DNA from: Oscillospiraceae bacterium
Lineage (GTDB): Bacteria; Bacillota; Clostridia; Oscillospirales; Ruminococcaceae
DNA length: 64,000 nucleotides
Direction: 5' to 3'
Assembly: GCA_017547245.1 (NCBI GenBank)
Contig: JAFYQD010000001.1
Location: 56,174-120,173, forward strand
Shown piece after piece: positions 11,083-19,060 of the stretch. The translations under genes were made by a program, and so were the position numbers. Each line of letters begins with the position of its first letter. Position 1 is the stretch's first letter. Below the pieces are notes generated by a model. It did no database searches and was not told where the DNA came from. It saw only the letters and a list, made by a program, of their open reading frames with translations.

Positions 11083-11781
11083 TTACGATATCCCGTTTTT
11101 TCCCGGGCCATAGTCGGCAATCATTCCCTCCAGTTCCTCGTCGTTGTCACCTTCAATCAAAGTGTAATAGTCAGGCACAGCACCAACAATCACCGTTTCG
11201 GCAAGGCATATTTGGCTTGAAACGGTGGTTTGGGTGGTATAACCGGGCAAAAGACCAAGAATACCGATATCAATTTCAAGCATGATTTGATGCAATGTTT
11301 GATTGATTCCTACTGTTTCGAATTTGTTTTTTATATTTGACTCCAGCGAGCCTGTGGGAACAACATAAAAAGATAATTTTGGTCCTCTGCCCGAAAATAT
11401 GCGGCTTCCAAGCAATGTTCCCAAAGGAATATGTACCTTTTGCAGAGACAATGCTTCCATTTCCTCTATGATTACTGTTGTCATCAGGTTCCCGATGGCG
11501 TTAATTTGTGCCATGTTGGTTTGGATTGAGGTAACATCACCGTTGCTGTTTCGTGCAACCACAGCAAGGTTTTCATATTTTGGGTTCTTTTGAGTCAATG
11601 CAATATCGGTTGCACGGTTTATAGCCTTTGCCGCAATATTTTTTGCCTGCATTGCTGCAGTATTGCGTACAATGGGACCAATCTTAAAGTGAAGAACACA
11701 GGCTGAAAAAATGAACAAGAGAATAAGTATCAAAAATGCTGGATTAATTTTGCCGCAATAGTAAGGCCGCCTTTTTCGCAC
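11083..11781 (-). CDS. yunB: Sporulation protein YunB-like
   Basis: 232 aa with an N-terminal TM, then a YunB-type domain (GSLESNIKNKFETVGINQT...AETVIVGAVPDYY). Confidence 0.65.
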   Translation of the reverse strand: MRKRRPYYCGKINPAFLILILLFIFSACVLHFKIGPIVRNTAAMQAKNIAAKAINRATDIALTQKNPKYENLAVVARNSNGDVTSIQTNMAQINAIGNLMTTVIIEEMEALSLQKVHIPLGTLLGSRIFSGRGPKLSFYVVPTGSLESNIKNKFETVGINQTLHQIMLEIDIGILGLLPGYTTQTTVSSQICLAETVIVGAVPDYYTLIEGDNDEELEGMIADYGPGKNGIS

Positions 11782-11842
11782 CCTAATCCCCTCCTATTAT
11801 GCTTTTCTTCACGCAGTCTGCTTTTACTCTACGAATCGTTGA

Positions 11843-11871
11843 TTGAAAGAATGGCTGATCAATAGTAAAAT
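11843..11871 (+). promoter_or_regulatory. Candidate sigma-A promoter for the HTH gene
   Basis: TTGAAA (11843..11848), 17 nt, TAAAAT (11866..11871). This argues for the ATG at 11888 rather than the track start at 11843. Confidence 0.45.
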
Positions 11872-11887
11872 ATATTTGGGTGATGAA

Positions 11888-12472
11888 ATGGATACAATTA
11901 AAACCGGAAAATTAATCAGAGAGCTGCGTCTTGAAAAGGGCTTGACCCAGAAGGCTCTTTCAGAGATGTTGTGCGTGAGCGATAAAACAATATCAAAATG
12001 GGAAAGAGGCTTCGGCTGGCCCGACCCGTCGGTGTGGAATAATCTATCTTCTATTCTTGGAGTTGGGATTGATTCAATGCTGAATGGCGATATGGAAGTC
12101 AGCAAACCCATTGGAGGTAATATGAAAAAGAGCAAATATTATGTATGTCCCCTGTGCGGAAATGTTCTTGTTTCTACCGGCGATGCAGGCATTGTCTGCT
12201 GCGGAAGAAAGCTGGAACCTTTGCAGGCAAAAAAAGCCGCAGAGGACGAAAAACTGACCATTGAGATGGTGGAAGACGATTGGTTTATCACTTCCGATCA
12301 TCCTATGACCAAAGATAACTATATTTCTTTTATTGCATTTGCAACCGGAGATCAAATCCATATTTATAAGCAATATCCCGAATGGAATCTGCAGACGAGA
12401 ATTCAAAAGCGACGCCATGGTACATTGCTGTGGTACAGCACAACACAGGGTTTTTTCTATCAGCTTATTTAA
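11888..12472 (+). CDS. XRE-family HTH regulator fused to a desulforedoxin-type Cys4 module and a degenerate desulfoferrodoxin/SOR-like domain
   Basis: The N-terminus (IKTGKLIRELRLEKGLTQKALSEMLCVSDKTISKWERG) is a classic HTH_3. YYVCPLCGNVLVSTGDAGIVCCG gives a Cx2C-x13-CC pattern, as in desulforedoxin. The C-terminal SDHPM...NYISF resembles SOR centre II. Confidence 0.75.
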   Translation: MDTIKTGKLIRELRLEKGLTQKALSEMLCVSDKTISKWERGFGWPDPSVWNNLSSILGVGIDSMLNGDMEVSKPIGGNMKKSKYYVCPLCGNVLVSTGDAGIVCCGRKLEPLQAKKAAEDEKLTIEMVEDDWFITSDHPMTKDNYISFIAFATGDQIHIYKQYPEWNLQTRIQKRRHGTLLWYSTTQGFFYQLI

Positions 12473-12474
12473 GA

Positions 12475-12505
12475 AAAAGAGACCGCAATGCGGTCTCTTT
12501 TTTTA
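12475..12505 (+). terminator. Rho-independent terminator after the HTH gene
   Basis: AGAGACCGC-AAT-GCGGTCTCT followed by TTTTTTT. Confidence 0.7.
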
Positions 12506-12572
12506 GATTCATATGTTTGGGCAGTGATTAAGAATAACGCATAGTATGATAAAAAATGAAGGAGTTTGTGCT

Positions 12573-13376
12573 ATGCAATGGTTTGAAGCCTTATCCCACC
12601 CCATACAGGCACTTTGGGCCACTTGTTTTACCTGGGCGGTTACAGCGGCCGGCGCAGGTATGGTATTTCTTTTTCGCCGCAAAAATATGCTCTTTCTTGA
12701 TGCGATGCTTGGTTTTGCGGCAGGAGTGATGATTGCGGCATCATTTTGGTCGCTGCTTTCCCCTGCCATTACGCTTGCGGAACAACTGAAAATGAATGCA
12801 TGGGCTGTGGCGGCAGTTGGGTTTGTCGGCGGCGGCCTTCTGTTGTTTTCGGCTGATAAAATATATGACCGCCTGCAAGCCCAAATGATAAAAAAGGGCA
12901 ACAAAACAGGCGGTCTTAAACGTTGTATTTTACTTGTGTTCTCCATCACGCTGCACAACATTCCGGAGGGATTGGCGGTGGGTGTTGCATTTGGCTCGCT
13001 GCAGTACGGGCTGGAAGGTGCAACGCTGCCTGCCGCATGCTTATTGGCCCTTGGAATTGGCCTGCAGAACTTTCCCGAGGGAACGGCAGTAAGTTTGCCT
13101 TTGCACCGTGAGGGCCTTACAGCCCCAAAGGCGTTCTTCTGGGGACAATTGAGCGGCATGGTAGAACCTTTGGCAGGTTTGGTGGGAGCCTATCTGGCAA
13201 TTCATGTAAGATCGGCTCTTCCCTTTTTGCTTGCCTTTGCGGCGGGCGCAATGATTTATGTTGTGGTTGAGGAGCTTATTCCGGAAAGTCAGGCCGGAAG
13301 CAAACCACAGATTATGGCGTTATTTACGCTGTTTGGATTTACCGTCATGATGGTGCTGGATACGGCGCTGTCTTAG
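12573..13376 (+). CDS. ZIP family divalent-metal transporter (ZupT/GufA-like)
   Basis: Polytopic membrane protein with the HNIPEGLAVG and QNFPEGTAVS ZIP signatures. Start ATG 12573 is preceded by AAGGAG. Confidence 0.85.
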   Translation: MQWFEALSHPIQALWATCFTWAVTAAGAGMVFLFRRKNMLFLDAMLGFAAGVMIAASFWSLLSPAITLAEQLKMNAWAVAAVGFVGGGLLLFSADKIYDRLQAQMIKKGNKTGGLKRCILLVFSITLHNIPEGLAVGVAFGSLQYGLEGATLPAACLLALGIGLQNFPEGTAVSLPLHREGLTAPKAFFWGQLSGMVEPLAGLVGAYLAIHVRSALPFLLAFAAGAMIYVVVEELIPESQAGSKPQIMALFTLFGFTVMMVLDTALS

Positions 13377-13378
13377 CT

Positions 13379-14503
13379 TTATCCAAGATACATAAACAGC
13401 TGGCAGCGCAGCATGCCGTTGTAAAGTTTACGGCGTTTTGTGGCTGGACGGCCAAACAGTTTTTCAAAATCGTCGTGGGGACTGATGATAAAATAGCTTA
13501 CACCGGGCTTTGGCACAAAAACCTTACCCATAGTGCGGTAAACCTCTTCGGCTTCCTGCAGCTCCAGCATACGCTCGCCATAGGGCGGATTACATACCAC
13601 AAGAGATTTTCCTTCAGGAGGAATAAAGCCGGCAACATTGCACTGCTGTACCGAGATGCGTGACGCAACCCCTGCCTTTTTGGCGTTGCTGAGCGCCAGC
13701 GAAACGGCTTCGTCACTGATGTCGCTGCCATGTGCACGGAAAGAGGCATCTTTTCTGATTTGATCCATTGCATCAGAGCGCTGGTTCTGCCAGATTTTTG
13801 GGTCAAAGCAGTTCCAATATTCTGCGGCAAAACGGCGGCGAATGCCGGGAGCAATCTTACATGCCATCAATGCGCTTTCGATCAGGAAGGTGCCGGAGCC
13901 GCAGAAAGGGTCATAAATCTGGGTGTCGGGATAAATACGGGCAAGATCAAGTATGCCTGCAGCCAGGGTTTCGCGTATGGGTGCAAGGTTGGCGTTTTCG
14001 CGGTAGCCGCGCTTGTGCAGCCCGGGGCCGGAAGTATCCAGCATCAATACGGCTTGATTTTTTCTGATGGAAAACTGTACCTGAAGTTTGGCGCCGGTTT
14101 CCTGGAACCAATCGACATGATAGTGGCTTTGCAGTCGCTTAACAATAGCCTTTTTGACGATAGACTGGCAATCGGGAATGCTGTGCAGTGCCGAATCCAG
14201 CGACCATCCCTTTACAGGAAATGCGTCATTTTTGCCGATAAAGTTTTCCCAGGGTAAATCTGCTACACCATCAAACAATTCGGTAAAGGTGGAAGCGTGA
14301 AATTCGCCCAAAACAAGCAGAACACGCTCGGCGGTGCGCAGCCAAAGGTTGCTTTTCGCAATCATTTCGGCATCGCCTTCAAAGGCCACACGTCCGTCTG
14401 TTACAGCTATATTCTGGGCGCCAAGGCGCTTCAGTTCTCCCGAAAGCACACTTTCCAGACCAAAGTGACAGGGTGCTGCCAAACGATAGGTTTCATTTTT
14501 CAT
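13379..14503 (-). CDS. THUMP-domain class I SAM-dependent RNA methyltransferase (RlmL/YpsC-like)
   Basis: N-terminal THUMP-like region, SAM motif DPFCGSGTF and catalytic VVCNPPYGER. The start is ambiguous: ATG 14503, ATG 14509 or GTG 14536. Confidence 0.8.
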   Translation of the reverse strand: MKNETYRLAAPCHFGLESVLSGELKRLGAQNIAVTDGRVAFEGDAEMIAKSNLWLRTAERVLLVLGEFHASTFTELFDGVADLPWENFIGKNDAFPVKGWSLDSALHSIPDCQSIVKKAIVKRLQSHYHVDWFQETGAKLQVQFSIRKNQAVLMLDTSGPGLHKRGYRENANLAPIRETLAAGILDLARIYPDTQIYDPFCGSGTFLIESALMACKIAPGIRRRFAAEYWNCFDPKIWQNQRSDAMDQIRKDASFRAHGSDISDEAVSLALSNAKKAGVASRISVQQCNVAGFIPPEGKSLVVCNPPYGERMLELQEAEEVYRTMGKVFVPKPGVSYFIISPHDDFEKLFGRPATKRRKLYNGMLRCQLFMYLG

Positions 14504-14529
14504 ATTCATTTTCCTTTCATTTATGCGGT

Positions 14530-14572
14530 CAAACACACAAAGAGGAGCGAAGCGGCATGTCCGCTTCGCTCC
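14530..14572 (-). terminator. Rho-independent terminator after hpf
   Basis: Minus-strand stem GGAGCGAAGCGG / CCGCTTCGCTCC, followed by TCTTTGTGTGTTT. Confidence 0.65.
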
Positions 14573-14604
14573 ATTGCTTGACCGGTGCCAAATAACTTAC
14601 AAAA

Positions 14605-15135
14605 TCAGGTTCTGGGTTCCAGCAGGCCATAGTCGCCATCGTTGCGCTTGTACACAATGCATACAAGGTCGTTGGCATCATTCTGGAACATATAGAACTG
14701 GTGATCCAGCATATTCATCTGAAGAATGGCTTCGTCAACGCTCATGGGTTTCAGATCAAATGCCTTTGTTTTTACCACATGGTACTCGTCATCATGCGGT
14801 TCAGCTGCATACTCTTCAAAGCCTTCGAGGGTAGCAGCTTTGGTTTTGCCCTTCTTTTCCAGTTTGTTCTTGTTCTTTACAATCTGTTTGATCAGCGATT
14901 CAACAACGGCATCCAAAGAGTCCAGTCGATCGGCAGAGGTTTTTTCAGCTCTGAAAATCATGCCGCGCGACTGAACGGTAACTTCTACAGTTTCGCGTTC
15001 ACGCTCGTTGGTCACTACAATTGCGGCCTGAGCGTCCTCCTCAAAAAAGCGATCCAGTTTTTTCAGTTTCTTTTCTGCCCAATCGCGAAAAGAATCTTTG
15101 ACAGTCGTCTTTCTGGAAGAAATGGTGATATTCAT
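14605..15135 (-). CDS. hpf: Ribosome hibernation-promoting factor (long form)
   Basis: 176 aa. MNITISSRKTTVKDSFRDWAEKKLKKLDRFF plus the C-terminal dimerisation domain (FYMFQNDANDLVCIVYKRNDGDYGLLEP). Confidence 0.9.
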   Translation of the reverse strand: MNITISSRKTTVKDSFRDWAEKKLKKLDRFFEEDAQAAIVVTNERERETVEVTVQSRGMIFRAEKTSADRLDSLDAVVESLIKQIVKNKNKLEKKGKTKAATLEGFEEYAAEPHDDEYHVVKTKAFDLKPMSVDEAILQMNMLDHQFYMFQNDANDLVCIVYKRNDGDYGLLEPRT

Positions 15136-15222
15136 TGCATAGCCTCCTTTATACTACCCACAAATGTTTGTACATTTGCAGGATTATTTCCAATTAACCG
15201 AAAAGAGGTTTTGTTTGTGTAT

Positions 15223-15293
15223 ATTTTAGCATAATTCTCAACAAAAAACAATAAGTTTTTGTAAATTATATCTAATCAGTTGAGAGGGTACAA
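15223..15293 (-). promoter_or_regulatory. Two candidate sigma-A promoters upstream of hpf
   Basis: Minus strand reads TTGTAC, 17 nt, TATAAT (15293..15265), and TTGTTT, 17 nt, TGcTAAAAT (-10 at 15228..15223). Confidence 0.35.
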
Positions 15294-15308
15294 TTGAAAT
15301 CTAAGCAT

Positions 15309-15336
15309 GGAAAAAGGGACGCTATGCGCCCCTTTG
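15309..15336 (-). terminator. Rho-independent terminator after the S1-domain gene
   Basis: Minus strand reads GGGGCGC-ATA-GCGTCCC followed by TTTTT. Confidence 0.55.
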
Positions 15337-15339
15337 CAA

Positions 15340-15819
15340 TTATTTGTTGTAGCCGCGACGTCCGCCGCCGCGCTTGTTGTCGATATTGTGTTTAAGATCA
15401 GACATCTTGTCATCGCTGGTCTGTTTGAACTTAGCCATCATATCTTCAAAAGATTTGGGCTCGTCCTTGTGCTTTTGGGCAAAATCCAACGAATTGTATC
15501 TGGGTGCAGGTGCAGGACGGGACTGACGGGGACGGTCGCTGCGCTGTCCGCCGGCAGGTTTGCCGCCGGAAGCCTGCTGGTTCTGTTCCATTGCTTTTTT
15601 AATGGAAAGAGCGATTTTTCCTTCAGGCGAAATGCTGATGATTTTTACCTTGACCACCTGGTCCTTGCTGATGTGGTCGGTGATCTCTTTTACATAAGTG
15701 GGTGCTACCTCAGAGATATGCACCATGCCGGTTTTGCCTTCGCCTAAATCGACAAATGCACCGAACTTAGTAATACCGGTGACCTTGCCTTCTAAAATTG
15801 TGCCTACATTGAGCTCCAT
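15340..15819 (-). CDS. yabR: S1 RNA-binding domain protein (YabR-like)
   Basis: The N-terminal S1 fold is GTILEGKVTGITKFGAFVDLGEGKTGMVHISEV. Basic, low-complexity tail. Follows divIC, as in B. subtilis. Confidence 0.85.
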   Translation of the reverse strand: MELNVGTILEGKVTGITKFGAFVDLGEGKTGMVHISEVAPTYVKEITDHISKDQVVKVKIISISPEGKIALSIKKAMEQNQQASGGKPAGGQRSDRPRQSRPAPAPRYNSLDFAQKHKDEPKSFEDMMAKFKQTSDDKMSDLKHNIDNKRGGGRRGYNK

Positions 15820-15860
15820 TGGCCGGAAAAATCCTCCTTCAATTTTAAGTAGCGAACGAA

Positions 15861-16145
15861 TCAGTTGCCCGAGCTGTCGATAAAAAGCTTTTCATCGGCT
15901 GCGCCATAGCCAAGCTCTTCGCGCGCTGCACGCTGTACATATTCCTCATCCTGATAAAGCAGGATCTGGCGCTCAAGTTCTTTGTTGGCAACAAGCTGTT
16001 CTTCACATTCCTGCTCAATTTGACGCAGTTCTTCTTTCTTGTTGTTGATTTGAACCTGTGCAGTAACCAGAGTGGAAACAAAGTAAACCAACAGAACCAA
16101 AACAAGCAGTTTTAAGAATATATGCTTCTTGGCCATATTGGTCAC
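15861..16145 (-). CDS. divIC: Septum formation initiator (DivIC/FtsB family)
   Basis: 94 aa with an N-terminal TM, then a coiled coil. Conserved position between yabQ and yabR. Confidence 0.75.
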   Translation of the reverse strand: MTNMAKKHIFLKLLVLVLLVYFVSTLVTAQVQINNKKEELRQIEQECEEQLVANKELERQILLYQDEEYVQRAAREELGYGAADEKLFIDSSGN

Positions 16146-16225
16146 CCCACTTCCCTATTCTATATACCTTGTTCAGTTTATTATACAATATGCCGTCTGT
16201 TCATTTCAAGTTTTTTTTATTCATT

Positions 16226-16582
16226 TCAGGGTATTTTCTGCAGCTTTGTTATCTTGGTTTTCTTTTTATCGATCCAACGAAAAACGGCATAGAAATGAGG
16301 CGAAACCAGTAAGCGAAAGACAATGCCGCCGATTATTTGTCCCAACAAATAAAACCACCGCAAAGTGTTTTGGGGAAGAAAAATAACACAGCCAAATTCT
16401 ATTGCAAAAATGAGAATAAAACAAAAAACATCAGAAACAGCAATTAAAAGCGGATGCGAAAATAAGATGCGGGCAATGCCATGCGTTAGTGTGTAAACCA
16501 GCATAATGAGTGCACCGACAACAATTGAAAAGAAAAACCAAACGGTTTGGTCAGCCAATGAAACCGAGATATGATAGGTCAT
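16226..16582 (-). CDS. yabQ: Spore cortex biosynthesis protein YabQ
   Basis: 118 aa polytopic membrane protein. 4-nt overlap with yabP. Called mainly on conserved position. Confidence 0.6.
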   Translation of the reverse strand: MTYHISVSLADQTVWFFFSIVVGALIMLVYTLTHGIARILFSHPLLIAVSDVFCFILIFAIEFGCVIFLPQNTLRWFYLLGQIIGGIVFRLLVSPHFYAVFRWIDKKKTKITKLQKIP

Positions 16583-16857
16583 CGGAAAATATGGGCAAGG
16601 AAACCTTTGGCGGCGGCAGGCTGATCTGAATAGCTGATAGACGAGATATTTCCTTCTACAGAAAGATCTCCGCTTTCCAGGTCAATTTTGTTGATGTGCA
16701 GCCCTGTTCCCTTTACCAGCATCTCCCCCAGCTCGGTATAAGCCACAATGGTTTGGTCGTCAAAACTATCGATGTCCATCACACCGCTGACCGACAAAAC
16801 CGAACGTTCTTCCATAATAACATGATGAGGTATTTTGATATTACGTTTTTCTTCCAT
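16579..16857 (-). CDS. yabP: Sporulation protein YabP
   Basis: 92 aa. HHVIMEERSVLSVSGVMDIDSFDDQTIV...LHINKIDLESGDLSVEG is typical of YabP. Confidence 0.85.
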   Translation of the reverse strand: MEEKRNIKIPHHVIMEERSVLSVSGVMDIDSFDDQTIVAYTELGEMLVKGTGLHINKIDLESGDLSVEGNISSISYSDQPAAAKGFLAHIFR

Positions 16858-16932
16858 TTCTTTTCCTCCTGATGCTCCGGCAGAGCTTTTTTGCTATTTT
16901 ATGCTGCGGAAGAAAGAAACAGACCAAAACAC

Positions 16933-17175
16933 TTATTCAATTACAATATAGTTGGAAGAAGCGGTTTCTTTGGTTGCGTATTCGTTGACCGAAAGAACCT
17001 TGACCTTAATGGGACGGCTGCCGAGGTTGACTTCTATAATGTCGTTTTCTTTTACATCATAGGAAGCGCGTGCAATTTTGCCGTTTACCACAATGCGGCC
17101 GGCATCGCAGGCTTCGTTGGCAACGGTACGGCGCTTGATAATTCGGGATACCTTCAGATATTTATCAAGTCTCAT
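16933..17175 (-). CDS. yabO: S4-domain RNA-binding protein (YabO/Hsp15-like)
   Basis: 80 aa. MRLDKYLKVSRIIKRRTVANEACDAGRIVVNG is an S4 motif. Confidence 0.85.
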   Translation of the reverse strand: MRLDKYLKVSRIIKRRTVANEACDAGRIVVNGKIARASYDVKENDIIEVNLGSRPIKVKVLSVNEYATKETASSNYIVIE

Positions 17176-17204
17176 TTCAATATCCTCCTGATAAAGAAAT
17201 TCAT

Positions 17205-17234
17205 AAAGCCGGCGCCCTGCTGGGTACCGGCTTT
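17205..17234 (-). terminator. Probable terminator after hup
   Basis: Minus-strand stem AAGCCGG / CCGGCTT with a 14-nt loop, followed by a T-rich tract (TATGAATTTCTTT). Confidence 0.5.
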
Positions 17235-17254
17235 ACAACAAGCAAATATATAAC

Positions 17255-17530
17255 TTATTCGCTTACCAGATCCTTCAGAGCCTTGCCGGCCTTGAAAGAG
17301 GGCAGCTTGGAAGCTTCGATCTGGATCTTTTCCTTGGTGCGGGGGTTGATGCCTTCGCGAGCAGCACGGGTCTTAACGTCAAAGGTACCGAAGCCAACCA
17401 GAGATACCTTTTCGCCAGCCTTCAGGGTATCGGCGATGGTGCCAAATACAGCAGAAACAGCCTTTTCGCTATCCTTCTTGGTCAGGCCGGTCTTTGCAGC
17501 AACGGCATTGATGAGTTCAACCTTAGTCAT
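17255..17530 (-). CDS. hup: DNA-binding protein HU
   Basis: [25 protein letters not shown]...[20 protein letters not shown]. Start ATG 17530 follows GGAGGTAACAAAA. Confidence 0.92.
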   Translation of the reverse strand: MTKVELINAVAAKTGLTKKDSEKAVSAVFGTIADTLKAGEKVSLVGFGTFDVKTRAAREGINPRTKEKIQIEASKLPSFKAGKALKDLVSE

Positions 17531-17590
17531 TTTTGTTACCTCCAAAAAAATTAAACATTGTTTTTTTATAAATAAGAACTGCCAGGATGG

Positions 17591-18394
17591 TCAAATGGTA
17601 TTACCCTTGGCCTCTGCCCACAAGGCGTTAAGCTCTTCCATGGGTGTTGCGGTCATATCCATACCGCGCTGTGCGGCAATTCTTTCTACCTGTTCAAAGC
17701 GATCCATAAACTTTTCGGTGGATCTGGTAAGTGCCTCTTCGGGGTCGATGTGAAGCAGTCTGGCAACATTTACTGCCGAAAACAGTACGTCACCAAGCTC
17801 TTCCTGCTGATGAACAAGATTCTCTTCGTTCATTGCTTCATCAAGTTCAGCAACTTCATTCATCAGGTCAACCATAGCGCCCGAAGCGCTGTCATAGTCA
17901 AAGCCGGTTTTGGCTGCACGGTGCTGTACCTTGTCGGCACGCATAAGCGCAGGCAAAACAGAAGGAACACTGCGCAGAGTGTCATTGACAGTCTTCTGCC
18001 CTTTTTCCTTCTTTTTGATTTCATCCCAGTTGTTAAGAACCTGTTCGGAAGTTTTGGCAATTACGTTGCCAAAGATATGGGGATGACGAATGATCAGCTT
18101 CTGGCAGACGCCGTCACAGACATCGTCAAAGTTAAAGCCGCCTTTTTCATCCTCCATCTGAGTGTGAAAAACAACCTGCAGAAGTACGTCGCCCAACTCT
18201 TCACAAAGCATAGTGCTATCCTTGCGGTCGATGGCTTCAACAACCTCGTAGGTTTCCTCAATCATGTTCTTGCGGATGGTGTCATGGTCCTGTTCTCTAT
18301 CCCAGGGGCAGCCATCGTTACCACGAAGAATTTGCATGATTTTCAGCAGGTCTTCAATCTTATAATGCTCTTTTAATTCAAAATCTTTTCTCAT
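17591..18394 (-). CDS. mazG: Nucleoside triphosphate pyrophosphohydrolase MazG (tandem MazG domains)
   Basis: 267 aa. GCPWDREQDHDTIRKNMIEETYEVVEAI and a second EELGDVLF repeat. Confidence 0.9.
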   Translation of the reverse strand: MRKDFELKEHYKIEDLLKIMQILRGNDGCPWDREQDHDTIRKNMIEETYEVVEAIDRKDSTMLCEELGDVLLQVVFHTQMEDEKGGFNFDDVCDGVCQKLIIRHPHIFGNVIAKTSEQVLNNWDEIKKKEKGQKTVNDTLRSVPSVLPALMRADKVQHRAAKTGFDYDSASGAMVDLMNEVAELDEAMNEENLVHQQEELGDVLFSAVNVARLLHIDPEEALTRSTEKFMDRFEQVERIAAQRGMDMTATPMEELNALWAEAKGNTI

Positions 18395-18421
18395 AAATCT
18401 TCGCTCTCCAATTTCCTATAT

Positions 18422-18450
18422 ATATTACTCCATTCGTTCCCTATTTGCAA
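18422..18450 (-). promoter_or_regulatory. Candidate sigma-A promoter for mazG
   Basis: Minus strand reads TTGCAA (18450..18445), 17 nt, TAATAT (18427..18422). Confidence 0.45.
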
Positions 18451-18527
18451 GCATTTACAGGGATTTTTTGTGCGAAAAAACCGCATAAAATAAGCATTTT
18501 TTCACTTTTGGAATAACATACATTTTT

Positions 18528-18560
18528 TGGCAAAAATTGGGCGCCGAATTTGGACGGCGC
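18528..18560 (-). terminator. Rho-independent terminator after the zinc-ribbon gene
   Basis: Minus-strand stem GGCGCCG / CGGCGCC (18554..18560 with 18539..18545), followed by CAATTTTTGCC. Confidence 0.6.
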
Positions 18561-18589
18561 CACAATTTTGAGACATATTTCAGAGCATT

Positions 18590-18994
18590 TTATTCTTCAT
18601 TTGAGGACATTTGTACATCAACAAAGGTGGAGTTCAAGGGGGTGCCGCAGTTGGAGCAAAAAGCGGCCTTTGCGGAGTTCTCAAAACCACAGGCGGTGCA
18701 GAAATGTCCGGTGGATTTTCCTACATCGTTCATGCTGTTTTCCAGCTCTTCCTGCTCTTTCAGCAGACGGTCAATTTCTGCCACACAACCATTAAGCTGG
18801 TCTTCTGCATTTCCGCCAAACTTTACAGAGTTGTAGTATACCGAACCAAGTTCTTCATATGCTTTTTGAATGTTGCTGTTGAGTTTTATTGCCTGAAGTT
18901 TCAGCTTAGAGATTTCTACAACTTCACCGGTTTTTTGTGCGGCTGCATCTGCTACATCTCTTGCTTTGCTCAGAAAGTTATCAAAGGCACTCAT
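18590..18994 (-). CDS. Coiled-coil protein with a C-terminal zinc ribbon, unknown function
   Basis: 134 aa with a helical N-terminal two-thirds. C-terminal CTACG-x11-CSNCG is a zinc-ribbon pattern. Confidence 0.6.
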   Translation of the reverse strand: MSAFDNFLSKARDVADAAAQKTGEVVEISKLKLQAIKLNSNIQKAYEELGSVYYNSVKFGGNAEDQLNGCVAEIDRLLKEQEELENSMNDVGKSTGHFCTACGFENSAKAAFCSNCGTPLNSTFVDVQMSSNEE

Positions 18995-19060
18995 GGCATA
19001 TCCTCCTTTTTGAAGCGGAAATAAATTATAACGCAGTTAATCTGAAATTACAATTAAATT

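Noticed and set aside
12509-13159. 216-aa minus-strand ORF opposite the ZIP transporter
   Set aside because: It is Pro/Ala/Ser-rich antisense translation of a gene with clear ZIP motifs on the plus strand.
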